From Hyphomicrobiales bacterium (GTDB taxonomy: Bacteria > Pseudomonadota > Alphaproteobacteria > Rhizobiales > JAJFHB01): a stretch of DNA of 64,000 nt. Each line of letters begins with the position of its first letter. The first letter of the stretch is position 1. The notes beneath the pieces are model-generated. The model did not search any database, was not told where the DNA came from, and worked only from the letters and a program-made list of their open reading frames with translations. Of the stretch, positions 1 through 8,645 are shown in pieces. Both the position numbers and the translations under genes were made by a program. The DNA lies in assembly GCA_021775615.1 (NCBI GenBank), contig JAJFHL010000283.1, forward strand, positions 11,518-75,517. The letters are read 5' to 3'.

Positions 1-33
1 CGAATCCGCAGGCCAAACCGCGAAAAGTTTGCT

Positions 34-70
34 ACAGGGGCTGTTTGAAACAGGGGGCTGTTTGAACAGG
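34..70. promoter_or_regulatory. Tandem copies of a palindromic motif (CTGTTTGAAACAG at 41-53, CTGTTTGAACAG at 58-69) upstream of the PLP-enzyme gene; candidate operator
   Basis: Direct reading: the unit acaggggctgtttga is repeated about 2.3 times. Each unit contains a CTGTT..AACAG inverted repeat. The motif sits 10-20 nt upstream of the GTG starts at 81 and 90. Confidence 0.3.
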
Positions 71-80
71 CAACGCGGGA

Positions 81-1304
81 GTGGGTTCGGTGAGCGGGAG
101 AGACAACAAGGCTATCGAGGGGGGCTTGCGTACACTGGCGGTTCATGCAGGCGAAGCGCCGGATCCGATTACCGGTGCATCGGCGCCCAACCTGGTCATG
201 TCATCCACCTTTGTCACCGAAGAGCCCGGCGGTTTTTCGGCCCACGACCTGTCTGACGACCCGGGTTTTCTCTACACCCGATGGGGCAACCCCACAGTAC
301 AGCAGCTCGAGCGCAAACTCTGTGCGCTTGAGAACGCGGAAGGCTGCCTGTGTTTCGCCACCGGAATGGCGGCGGCAAGCGGCATCCTGTTCAGCGTCCT
401 CTCCCAGGGCGATCATCTGATCGCGTCGGACACCAACTATGCGGGCGTCGCGGAGCTGATCCGCGACACCCTGCCGAGGATGGGGATCGAGATCTCCGTG
501 GTCGACACCTCCGATGTCGCCAATGTCAGCGCCGCGATCAAAGACAACACGCGGATGATCATCATCGAAACGCCGGCCAATCCGATCATGCGGCTGTGCG
601 ATATCGCCGCCATCTCGGACGCCGCCCATGCGGCGGGCGATATCAAGGTGGTGGTCGATTCGACCTTTGCAACGCCGGTGGCGACACGGCCACTCGACCT
701 TGGCGCGGACTATGTTTTCCATTCCCTGACGAAGTATATCGGCGGGCACGGCGATGCCGCCGGCGGTGCCGTGCTCGGCAGCGCCGAAGCCATCGGCGCG
801 CTTCGGCTCGAGGCCGGCATCCACTATGGCGGCGTGCTGAGCCCGTTCAATGCCTGGCTGATCATGCGTGGCTGCGCCACCCTGCCGCTGCGCATGCGCG
901 CCCATGAAGAAGGCGCCATGGAAGTGGCCCGGTTCCTCGAGGACCACCCAAAGGTCACCAGCGTCATGTATCCGGGCCTCGCGTCGCACCCCCAGCATGA
1001 GCTCGCCCAACGCCAGATGGACAACTTCTCGGCGATGCTGACGTTTCAGGTCGAAGACGGACCGGCGCTGGCCGAGCGCATGGCCAAGGACCTGCAGGTG
1101 ATTCACTATGCGGTTTCGCTTGGCCATCACCGCAGCCTGGTGTTCTGGATGGGCACGGACGACCTGATGAATACGTCTTTCCGCCTGGACGGGGCGCAGC
1201 TCGACAGCTTCAGGGCATATGCCGGCGACGGCGTGTTCCGGGTCTCGATCGGCCTCGAGGACGGGGTTGACCTGTGCGCCGATCTCGATCGCGTCCTGGG
1301 GTGA
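81..1304 (+). CDS. Cys/Met-metabolism PLP-dependent enzyme (methionine gamma-lyase / O-acyl-homoserine sulfhydrylase / cystathionine gamma-synthase family)
   Basis: 407-aa ORF. It has the PLP-lysine motif SLTKYIGGHGD, an N-terminal TLAVHAG motif, and the length typical of the trans-sulfuration family. The start may be GTG 81 or in-frame GTG 90 (GGGAG at 76-80). Confidence 0.85.
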   Translation: MGSVSGRDNKAIEGGLRTLAVHAGEAPDPITGASAPNLVMSSTFVTEEPGGFSAHDLSDDPGFLYTRWGNPTVQQLERKLCALENAEGCLCFATGMAAASGILFSVLSQGDHLIASDTNYAGVAELIRDTLPRMGIEISVVDTSDVANVSAAIKDNTRMIIIETPANPIMRLCDIAAISDAAHAAGDIKVVVDSTFATPVATRPLDLGADYVFHSLTKYIGGHGDAAGGAVLGSAEAIGALRLEAGIHYGGVLSPFNAWLIMRGCATLPLRMRAHEEGAMEVARFLEDHPKVTSVMYPGLASHPQHELAQRQMDNFSAMLTFQVEDGPALAERMAKDLQVIHYAVSLGHHRSLVFWMGTDDLMNTSFRLDGAQLDSFRAYAGDGVFRVSIGLEDGVDLCADLDRVLG

Positions 1305-1353
1305 CGTAGCACCGTCATTCCATTTGCGCGCCAAATGCGCCATTATTCCGGCC

Positions 1354-1722
1354 ATGAGGCACCTGATGAACCAGACGGAACCGGGGGCGAAGTCAGGCGG
1401 GTTGTGTGCGATTGCCGCGGTGATCGTGACGGCCCTGGCTTGCGGCGCTGCCGCCGGGCCACGCGAAGACCGTGCGGCTTGCTGGGACAGTTACCGGATT
1501 TGCGCGGACGGGGCCGGCCGCGCCGAGCAATGGCGCACCGTGTGCTACAGCGACTACAGCGCCTGCATGAAGAACCCCGGCGAAATGCAGTGCACTACGG
1601 CGGACGAAAAGGCCTGCAAGACGGTCCGCAGCGAATGCCAAGCCGGCGGTGACGGCAGCGAAGTCAACAGCTACCACTGCCGGCAGGACTATCAGGTCTG
1701 TCTCGACTCGTTCGGCTGTTGA
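1354..1722 (+). CDS. Small secreted cysteine-rich protein (about 122 aa, 11 Cys), function unknown
   Basis: An internal ATG at 1354 gives a hydrophobic signal-like N-terminus (GGLCAIAAVIVTALACGAAAG). Cys residues are regularly spaced after it. The upstream part of ORF 1219-1722 overlaps the preceding gene. Confidence 0.5.
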   Translation: MRHLMNQTEPGAKSGGLCAIAAVIVTALACGAAAGPREDRAACWDSYRICADGAGRAEQWRTVCYSDYSACMKNPGEMQCTTADEKACKTVRSECQAGGDGSEVNSYHCRQDYQVCLDSFGC

Positions 1723-1724
1723 AG

Positions 1725-2606
1725 CTATTCGCTTTTTGTCTTCTTTCGCGCCAGGTGTTTCGGTTCGGACTCTTCATCGCGCTTGTCGTCGTGCTCTTCG
1801 ATCTGTTCCAGCTCGTGCTGAGCCGCCAGTTTCTGATGACGCCAGTAACCGACCGGAAGGCTGCCGATATAAAGAACGGCCAGGCCGGTCAGCATTGCCC
1901 AAGGGAAGCTGACCAGGAGGGAGACGAAAAGCACGGTGATCAGCATCATAGGCAGCACGAGATCCCTGCGGATGCGTTCGCCCGAGCCCTTGCCGGAAAA
2001 CGTCGGAATGCTTGAGATCATCAGGAAGCCGACGACACCGGTATAGAGCAGGATCGCCGGCGCGAAAGTCTGGCCGTCAACCAGACCCAGAAAGCCCAAA
2101 TACATCGGCAGCAGCGCCAGTCCAGCCCCAGCCGGCGCCGGCACACCCTTGAAGAAGCCTGCCTGCCAGGCGGGCTTGTCCGGATCGTCGAGCGCCACAT
2201 TGAACCGGGCGAGCCGCGCGGCGCAGCAGATCGCCAGCACCAGGCAGACGATCCAGCCGATCGATTTCAGGCTTTGCAGCGACCACAGATAGATCAACAT
2301 GGCGGGCGCGACACCGAAATTGACGAAATCGGCGAGCGAGTCGAGTTCGGCGCCGAATTTCGACGTGCCCTTCAGGAGCCGCGCGACACGGCCGTCGAGA
2401 GCGTCGAGCACGATGGCGAATATGATTGCCGCCACCGCCAGCTCGTAACGGCTCTCAGTCGCCATGCGAATGGCTGTGACACCGCTGCACAAGGCCAGAA
2501 GCGTTATGAAATTGGGAGCCAGAAGGCGCACCGGTATCGGCTTGAAACGCCGGTACTTCTGTTCACGTGCAGCCCGTCCGGGCTCCATCTGCTCGAATTT
2601 GGACAT
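1725..2606 (-). CDS. pssA: CDP-diacylglycerol--serine O-phosphatidyltransferase
   Basis: CDP-alcohol phosphatidyltransferase motif DALDGRVARLLKGTSKFGAELDSLAD. The protein is multi-TM and lies directly downstream of psd. Confidence 0.9.
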   Translation of the reverse strand: MSKFEQMEPGRAAREQKYRRFKPIPVRLLAPNFITLLALCSGVTAIRMATESRYELAVAAIIFAIVLDALDGRVARLLKGTSKFGAELDSLADFVNFGVAPAMLIYLWSLQSLKSIGWIVCLVLAICCAARLARFNVALDDPDKPAWQAGFFKGVPAPAGAGLALLPMYLGFLGLVDGQTFAPAILLYTGVVGFLMISSIPTFSGKGSGERIRRDLVLPMMLITVLFVSLLVSFPWAMLTGLAVLYIGSLPVGYWRHQKLAAQHELEQIEEHDDKRDEESEPKHLARKKTKSE

Positions 2607-2659
2607 TCGCGTCTTACTCCATACTCGGGCGGCCTTATTGACCCTGCACCAGCGCGCCT

Positions 2660-3355
2660 TCAGCCTTCGCGCGCCGTACGCTCCGGCTCGTCGGAATCGA
2701 GGTCCGCAAGCACGGTTTCACCGGCAAGTGTACGCTGTCCGATGGCCACCAGGGCATTTTGCCCGGGTGGAAGGTAAACGTCCACCCGGCTGCCGAAGCG
2801 GATTAGCCCGAAGCGCTCGCCGGCACCAAGCGGTTCGCCCTCCTTGATGAAGGGCACGATGCGGCGCGCGACCAGGCCGGCAATCTGCACCACGCCGAGT
2901 TTCTTGCCGTTGTGAAGCTCGAGCGTGAGGGCCAGCCGCTCGTTGTCTTCACTCGCCTTGTCGAGTTCGGCGTTAATGAAACGGCCGGGCACATAGGTCA
3001 TTTTCGTGACCTTACCGGCCGCCGGCGAGCGGTTTACATGGACATCGAACACATTCATGAAAATGGAGACCCGCACCCGGCTCTCACCGGCGAGGTCCAG
3101 CTCGCTCGGCGCTGTGACATCTTCGATGGCGCAGATCCGGCCATCGGCTGGACTGATCACCAGCCCCTCGCGCAACGGCGTCACTCTGTCGGGATCGCGA
3201 AAGAAATAGGCGCACCAGAACACCAAAATGACGCCCAGCCAGCCGAAAGGGTCCCAGATCCAGAACAGGATCAGGGTGCCCAGAACGAACAGCCCCACAA
3301 ACTTGTGGCCGTCGCGATGGATCGGCACAAAGACCGACATGATCGATTCAATCAA
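2660..3355 (-). CDS. psd: Phosphatidylserine decarboxylase proenzyme (short alphaproteobacterial type)
   Basis: 231 aa with an N-terminal [10 protein letters not shown] and a FGSRVD self-cleavage-type motif near the C-terminus. The TTG start at 3355 overlaps the upstream stop codon (TTGA). An alternative ATG lies at 3340. Confidence 0.88.
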   Translation of the reverse strand: MIESIMSVFVPIHRDGHKFVGLFVLGTLILFWIWDPFGWLGVILVFWCAYFFRDPDRVTPLREGLVISPADGRICAIEDVTAPSELDLAGESRVRVSIFMNVFDVHVNRSPAAGKVTKMTYVPGRFINAELDKASEDNERLALTLELHNGKKLGVVQIAGLVARRIVPFIKEGEPLGAGERFGLIRFGSRVDVYLPPGQNALVAIGQRTLAGETVLADLDSDEPERTAREG

Positions 3356-5316
3356 AGGTCACTCCCACCATCAAGAACATCCACCGGCACCGGGCCGCCG
3401 GTTCCAGCTGTGACACCCAATGCCACTTCCTCGGCCGTCCGGCCGCGTTCGTCCAGCGCTTTCGCGAGACGCTCGCGCGCCTCTTCGGCCTCGCGCTGGC
3501 GGTTCCACAGTCCGGCGTAAAGACCGTTCTGATCGAGGAGTTCGGTGTGATGCCCGCGCTCCACGATGCGGCCCTTGTCAAGCACGACAATCTCGTCTGC
3601 GTCAATGATGGTCGACAACCGGTGCGCGATCACCAGTGTGGTGCGGTCCTTCGAAACCTGCTTCAACGCGGCCTGGATGTCCTGTTCGGTGTAGGTATCG
3701 AGGGACGACGTGGCCTCGTCGAGCAGAAGGATCGCCGGGTTCTTGAGGATGGTCCGGGCGATAGCGACGCGCTGCTTCTCGCCTCCTGAAAGCTTCAGGC
3801 CGCGCTCGCCGACGCTGGCGTTATAGCCCTCGGGCAGGCTTTCGATAAAATCGTGCACCTGGGCCAGGCGGGCCGCCTCCATAACCTCTTCGTCGCTCGC
3901 ATCTGGGCGACCGTAGCGGATGTTGTACATGATGGTGTCGTTGAACAGGACGGTGTCCTGCGGCACCATGCCGACCGCGTGGCGCAGCGACTTCTGGGTC
4001 ACGTCGCCGACGTCCTGACCGTCGATCCTGACGGCGCCGTCGGACACTTCGTAGAAGCGGAAAAGCAGCCGGGAGATGGTCGATTTGCCGGCGCCGCTCG
4101 GCCCCACGATCGCGACCTTCTTTCCCGCCGGCACCTTGAAACTCACATCGAACAGGATCTGCCGGTCCGGGTCGTAAGAGAACGAGACATGCTCGAACTC
4201 GACGACCGCATCACCGACGGCGAGCGGTTTGGCGTTTGGCCTGTCGGCGATATCGGGCTCGACCGCGAGCAGATCGAACATCATTTCAACATCGATCAGG
4301 CCCTGCTTGATGTCGCGGTAAACGGTGCCGAGAAAATTGAGCGGGATGTAGAGCTGGATCAGGAAGGCGTTGACCAGGACGAAATCGCCGACCGTCATGG
4401 TGCCATTGACGATGCCCTGTGCCGCCATCACCATGCAGATGGTGAGGCCGATGCAGAAGATCACCGCCTGGCCCGAATTCAGCACCGCCAATGACGTGAA
4501 GGTCTTGGTTGCGGCCTTCTCGTAACGTTCCATGGATTTGTCGAAGCGGCGCGACTCGTGGTCCTCATTACCGAAATATTTGACCGTCTCAAAATTCAGG
4601 AGACTGTCGATCGCCTTGGTGTTGGCGTCGGTGTCCGCCTCGTTCATGCGGCGGCGGATGGCGATGCGCCATTCGGTCGCCTGATAGGTGAACCAGATAT
4701 AGGTGATCACGGTGATGCCGATGACGACCGCAAACCAGATGTTGAACGTATAGGCGAGCACGCCGCAGACGAACCCCAGTTCCAGTATGGTGGGGAAGGT
4801 GTTGAACAGCGAAAACCGCAGGATCACCTCGATCGCCTTGGTGCCGCGCTCAACAACCCGGCTGAGACCGCCGGTGCGGCGTTCAAGATGGAAGCGCAGG
4901 GACAGGCGGTGCAGGTGGTCAAAGGTGCGGATCGCGACCTGACGCACGGCGTTCTGGGCAACGCTGGCAAACAGGCCGTCGCGCAACTGGGTGATGGCGA
5001 CCATGAGCAGGCGTCCGGCGCCATAGGCGATGATCATCATCAGGGGCACCACCACAATGGCCGTGGTGGTGACAGTCGTGCCGCCCGCCTCGGATCCCGT
5101 CAGCGCATCGACCGCCGCCTTGTAGGCGAACGGAAAGGTGACGGTGATCACCTTGGCGGCCACAAGGCAGACCATCGCGGCGACCACGCGGGCCTTGAGA
5201 TCGCCCCTGCCCTCCGGCCAGAAATAGGGAAACAGATGACGGAACGCCTCCATATGGCCGATGCCGTCGCCGGGATCGCCGAAATATTCCCTGTTCTTAG
5301 CGGTAAGTGTTCTCAT
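3352..5316 (-). CDS. ABC transporter, fused permease/ATPase, ATM1 / heavy-metal exporter type
   Basis: 654 aa. N-terminal six-TM exporter domain, Walker [10 protein letters not shown], signature [13 protein letters not shown] and Walker [10 protein letters not shown]. The start could instead be the internal [13 protein letters not shown]. Confidence 0.9.
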   Translation of the reverse strand: MRTLTAKNREYFGDPGDGIGHMEAFRHLFPYFWPEGRGDLKARVVAAMVCLVAAKVITVTFPFAYKAAVDALTGSEAGGTTVTTTAIVVVPLMMIIAYGAGRLLMVAITQLRDGLFASVAQNAVRQVAIRTFDHLHRLSLRFHLERRTGGLSRVVERGTKAIEVILRFSLFNTFPTILELGFVCGVLAYTFNIWFAVVIGITVITYIWFTYQATEWRIAIRRRMNEADTDANTKAIDSLLNFETVKYFGNEDHESRRFDKSMERYEKAATKTFTSLAVLNSGQAVIFCIGLTICMVMAAQGIVNGTMTVGDFVLVNAFLIQLYIPLNFLGTVYRDIKQGLIDVEMMFDLLAVEPDIADRPNAKPLAVGDAVVEFEHVSFSYDPDRQILFDVSFKVPAGKKVAIVGPSGAGKSTISRLLFRFYEVSDGAVRIDGQDVGDVTQKSLRHAVGMVPQDTVLFNDTIMYNIRYGRPDASDEEVMEAARLAQVHDFIESLPEGYNASVGERGLKLSGGEKQRVAIARTILKNPAILLLDEATSSLDTYTEQDIQAALKQVSKDRTTLVIAHRLSTIIDADEIVVLDKGRIVERGHHTELLDQNGLYAGLWNRQREAEEARERLAKALDERGRTAEEVALGVTAGTGGPVPVDVLDGGSDL

Positions 5317-5543
5317 AAAGATTCAACTGAACGCCCAAATGCCCGCGCGTGCGCGGCGTGTCTCGTTGTCGCCCAGCGCCTGATATGCTCCGAAATCGAT
5401 TCTGAAATTGCGCCAAACCCCTTATGTAAGCCGTGTACCGGCTTCGGACAATCGTTTCCACAGCGACCGGACAATCAGACCGGCCTTTACCGTGCCGCGT
5501 TCTAACCCTTGACGATGCCATATTCGCGATGCCACATCAGCGC

Positions 5544-6116
5544 ATGGAACTGATTCAAAAAATATGTGTTTATTGCGGCTCCGGCCCCGGCAAGAACCCT
5601 GCCTATGCCGCAGCGGCGGAAGCGCTCGGCAAGGACATGGCCGAGCGTGGCATCGGTCTTGTCTATGGCGGCGGCAGCCTTGGCCTCATGGGCATCGTCG
5701 CCCGTTCCGTCCTCAAGCACGGCGGCCATGTCACCGGCGTCATCCCGCAATTTCTGAAAGACCGCGAGCAGATGCTGCGCGACGTGCAGGACGCCATCGT
5801 CACCGCCGACATGCATGAGCGCAAGATGCTGATGTTCCAGAAGGCGGACGCGTTCGTCGCCCTGCCCGGCGGGATCGGCACCCTTGAAGAAACCGTCGAA
5901 ATGACCACATGGGCGCAGCTCGATCAGCACACCAAGCCGATCGTCCTGGCCAATATCGAGAACTTCTGGGACCCGTTCATCACGCTCATCGAGCATATGC
6001 GCGAAGAAGCCTTTATCCGGGCCGGGCTGGAAGTGGCGATCGACATCGCGCAGACACCGGACGACATCGTGCCCAAGGTGCTGCAGCGGGCCGAACTGGT
6101 TGCGGCGGCGAGCTAG
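5544..6116 (+). CDS. LOG family protein (TIGR00730-type; cytokinin riboside 5'-monophosphate phosphoribohydrolase-like)
   Basis: Motifs VYCGSG and PGGIGTLEE. ATG 5544 gives the usual length of about 190 aa. Confidence 0.85.
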   Translation: MELIQKICVYCGSGPGKNPAYAAAAEALGKDMAERGIGLVYGGGSLGLMGIVARSVLKHGGHVTGVIPQFLKDREQMLRDVQDAIVTADMHERKMLMFQKADAFVALPGGIGTLEETVEMTTWAQLDQHTKPIVLANIENFWDPFITLIEHMREEAFIRAGLEVAIDIAQTPDDIVPKVLQRAELVAAAS

Positions 6117-6133
6117 GTTCTGAGTACAGAACC
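6116..6133. terminator. Hairpin GGTTCTG-AGTA-CAGAACC between convergent genes (weak bidirectional terminator candidate)
   Basis: 7-bp perfect stem read directly. There is no clear U-tract. Confidence 0.3.
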
Positions 6134-6151
6134 GAGAGTCCTTCCCCTTCA

Positions 6152-7720
6152 CTATTGCGTCGATGCGCCTTCGAGCAGTGCCCTGACGGCGGCGGCCGGG
6201 ACTCCAAGGTTTGAGCCGCCATATTCGGGTAGGATCGCGGCGTTGACTGCGACCACCGTGCCCTCGATACCAAGCACCGGTCCGCCTGAGCCGCCATGGG
6301 TGGTTTCCGCGTCATAGACGATGGTCGCCTCCGTGACCTGTCCGACAATGCCGCGGCTGGCCAGGGGCACGATGTGCCCATCCTCCGCCAGACGGGCGGC
6401 GACGCTCCAGAAGTCGGTGTCTTCGGCCTCCTGAAGCTTCTTGATGAACGCATCTCCGGCCTGCACCAGCATAGAGCGCAGTCCGGTGGGATATCCCATG
6501 ACGATCACCTCATCACCGCGGTTCGGTGGCGCGTCGGCCAGGGTCAGCGCCGGCAACGGCTCCGCAGCGCCGGTGCGTCGCATGATGGCAAGATCGGCAT
6601 CGGGGCTCGTCCGGTAGAGCTCCAGGGGAGCCGCGGCCGGGTTGCCCGGCAAATAGGCAAGAAACTTTATCATCACCGGCGCCAGACCCCGGCCGGCAAG
6701 GGCCTTTATGTCGGCATCGTTCTCCCATGGCTGCGCCACATGCCGGTTGGTGACCAGCATCGCGCCGTCGGCGACGGCAAATCCGGTTCCGGTGAACTGG
6801 CGCTCGGCAACCGGGCCTTCGCCCTCCAGCGACAGCATCGGCTGACCCAGCGGCGAGATCAGGGGGCGGCCCTTGTCATCCACAACATGGCGCAGCATGC
6901 GGCCGGTCTCCGCTTCACGAAAGCCATACGCACCCTGGAGGAACGCAACCGATGCGATCGAACTTGCGATCACCTTTGCGGTTGCCTCGCTGCGCCGCTC
7001 CAGTGCCTCAAGGCGCTCGACATTGGTCATAAGGCGAGTAGCGATCTCCTGTCGCAACGCCTCAAGGTCACCTGGCGTCAATGCCTCTTCACGTGCCCGC
7101 GTCAGCGCCTTGGCGAAGCTCTCAAGCTGAGCGGCACCGGAATCAATGCGCTGCTGCAGTAACGCGTTCATCCGGTTCTGCTGATAGGCGAAGACGCCAA
7201 GGCTTATCAGTGCGCACAGCACCGCGAATCGGAACAGAACAGTGGTTTCGCCCGCCAGCCTCCGCAAGAATCCGCCAAAAGCCCTGAGCATGCGTATGGC
7301 AACCGGCTGGCGGCTGACCCGCATGTAGGCAACCGCGTCACTGACGATGTCGGCAACCGTCCTGCGCATCGGCCGGTCTTCGCGGTAAAGACAGAAGCGC
7401 GACATCGGCCCTGCCTGATCGAACTCGATGATGTCGTCGTTCTCGAGAGAGCGGGCGTTGACACGGTCACCGTTCACCCAGACCGAGCAGTCCGGCATGA
7501 CCTCGAGTTCATAGGTGTCGTCCGCCCGGTGCAGACGGGCGATCAGGTGGTCCGTCTCGCCATTGGGGCGTGTCTCGGAGACATGGATGAACCGCCTCGG
7601 ACTCAGGAAAATATCCAGCGCCGATCCGGTGAGCCATGTGACGGTGCCCCGCGAAGGCCCTGTGAGGTGTTCCAGGGCGGCCGTGCGTCCCGGCAGGTCG
7701 TGATCGGCATTTGCGTCCAT
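6152..7720 (-). CDS. Membrane-anchored trypsin-like (S1/Trypsin_2) serine protease with an N-terminal FHA-like domain
   Basis: 522 aa. Residues about 20-115 look FHA-like (VWVNGDRV...DIIEF). A TM helix spans about aa 160-179, followed by a coiled-coil-like region. The C-terminal triad context is TNRHVA / DADLAIM / THGGSGGPV. Confidence 0.75.
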   Translation of the reverse strand: MDANADHDLPGRTAALEHLTGPSRGTVTWLTGSALDIFLSPRRFIHVSETRPNGETDHLIARLHRADDTYELEVMPDCSVWVNGDRVNARSLENDDIIEFDQAGPMSRFCLYREDRPMRRTVADIVSDAVAYMRVSRQPVAIRMLRAFGGFLRRLAGETTVLFRFAVLCALISLGVFAYQQNRMNALLQQRIDSGAAQLESFAKALTRAREEALTPGDLEALRQEIATRLMTNVERLEALERRSEATAKVIASSIASVAFLQGAYGFREAETGRMLRHVVDDKGRPLISPLGQPMLSLEGEGPVAERQFTGTGFAVADGAMLVTNRHVAQPWENDADIKALAGRGLAPVMIKFLAYLPGNPAAAPLELYRTSPDADLAIMRRTGAAEPLPALTLADAPPNRGDEVIVMGYPTGLRSMLVQAGDAFIKKLQEAEDTDFWSVAARLAEDGHIVPLASRGIVGQVTEATIVYDAETTHGGSGGPVLGIEGTVVAVNAAILPEYGGSNLGVPAAAVRALLEGASTQ

Positions 7721-7762
7721 GTCCCTAGCTTCGACCTTGCGGGCACCGACTGCAACCTGCCA

Positions 7763-7780
7763 TTCACGGCGCGCCGTGAA
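7763..7780. promoter_or_regulatory. 18-bp perfect palindrome TTCACGGCGCGCCGTGAA between the CYTH gene and the protease gene
   Basis: Read directly. It lies about 43 nt upstream of the protease start and has no adjacent U-tract, so an operator or an RNA hairpin is equally possible. Confidence 0.3.
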
Positions 7781-7855
7781 GTCACAGGAACGTAACTTCG
7801 CGAACAGGCCCTAGCTGCGGAGCCTCAACAGGGCGTCCCTTTTGAGACGCAACAG

Positions 7856-8350
7856 CTAAACCGCCTCCAGGCTGGGCTCTGCTGCCCACGCACAATAGGG
7901 ACGCCAGGCAAGCTGGGAATTCTGGTAGCGTTTGTCCTGCGTGACTTCCTCGCCGATCCACGCCGGGCGATGGAATTCCTGTTCCTCGCTGGTCAGTTCG
8001 ATCTCTGCCATGACGAGGCCGTGGTTGCTTCCTTCGAAAACATCGACCTGCCAGACCAGGTCTCCCATTTTCACATTGTGACGGCGCTTGACGACGATGG
8101 CGCCGTGACTGAGTTCGAGCAGTTCCTCGGCTTCGCTTTTGGGAATTTCGTACTCATATTCCAGGCGGCTGAGGCCGCTTCTGGGGTGCTTCAGCGTCAG
8201 CGTGCTCTTGGCCGTGTCTGAAACGCGCACGCGGATGCTGGGCTGCTGATCTTGAGTGAGATAGCCCTGGCGGATGGACACCCCCGCATCGGCTTCCTGT
8301 CGCCACGTATCCCCGAGTATCAGAAACTTCCGCTCAATTTCCACAGGCAT
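7856..8350 (-). CDS. CYTH domain protein (triphosphate tunnel metalloenzyme / CyaB-ThTPase family)
   Basis: The EIERKFL (ExExK) signature comes immediately after ATG 8350. The longer ORF to 8497 starts at TTG and adds 49 aa with no recognisable similarity. Confidence 0.8.
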   Translation of the reverse strand: MPVEIERKFLILGDTWRQEADAGVSIRQGYLTQDQQPSIRVRVSDTAKSTLTLKHPRSGLSRLEYEYEIPKSEAEELLELSHGAIVVKRRHNVKMGDLVWQVDVFEGSNHGLVMAEIELTSEEQEFHRPAWIGEEVTQDKRYQNSQLAWRPYCAWAAEPSLEAV

Positions 8351-8645
8351 AGACTGCCACCGCTCTCCATCGGCACCACGCAACCACCGTCCGGCCGCTA
8401 GAGCGCGATTGACATCGAATGCATCAATCAATGTCGTCAATCGCCCTCTTTCATATTGAAGCCGATCAGGTTTTTCGATTCTGATCGCGTAAATCAAAAT
8501 CGATCCTGACCTGGTCGAGGACCGGATGGCTTCAGCTTAGGGCAATCATTCGGACGGAACAATCAATACCAGCCAAAACGGTGTCAAAATGCAGGCGAAT
8601 TCGCGAACCGGCGATCCAACGGCAGACTGCCAGACAGCCTCCCAA

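Noticed and set aside
1-80. A SAM-II/SAM-V riboswitch upstream of the Cys/Met PLP enzyme.
   Set aside because: I could not recognise the conserved pseudoknot core, and the leader is truncated by the window start. Only the tandem palindromes are reported.
201-1355. Long antisense or off-frame ORFs across the window, for example 201-1355(-), 11762-13171(+), 16392-17945(-), 39785-40990(+), 40077-41240(-), 48050-49216(+), 26030-26797(-), 27752-28945(-) and 28644-30008(-).
   Set aside because: They overlap genes with strong family motifs. Their translations are Arg/Ala/Gly/Pro-rich with low complexity, which is typical of shadow ORFs in high-GC DNA. None shows a recognisable motif.
8351-8497. N-terminal ORF extensions: CYTH to 8497, cysS to 13201, PPK2 to 16392, LOG from 5433, the TPR protein to 21252, DUF302 from 59950, and the dehydrogenase from 62104.
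   Set aside because: The extensions lack family similarity, often begin at non-ATG codons, and internal starts have better Shine-Dalgarno sequences and give canonical protein lengths.
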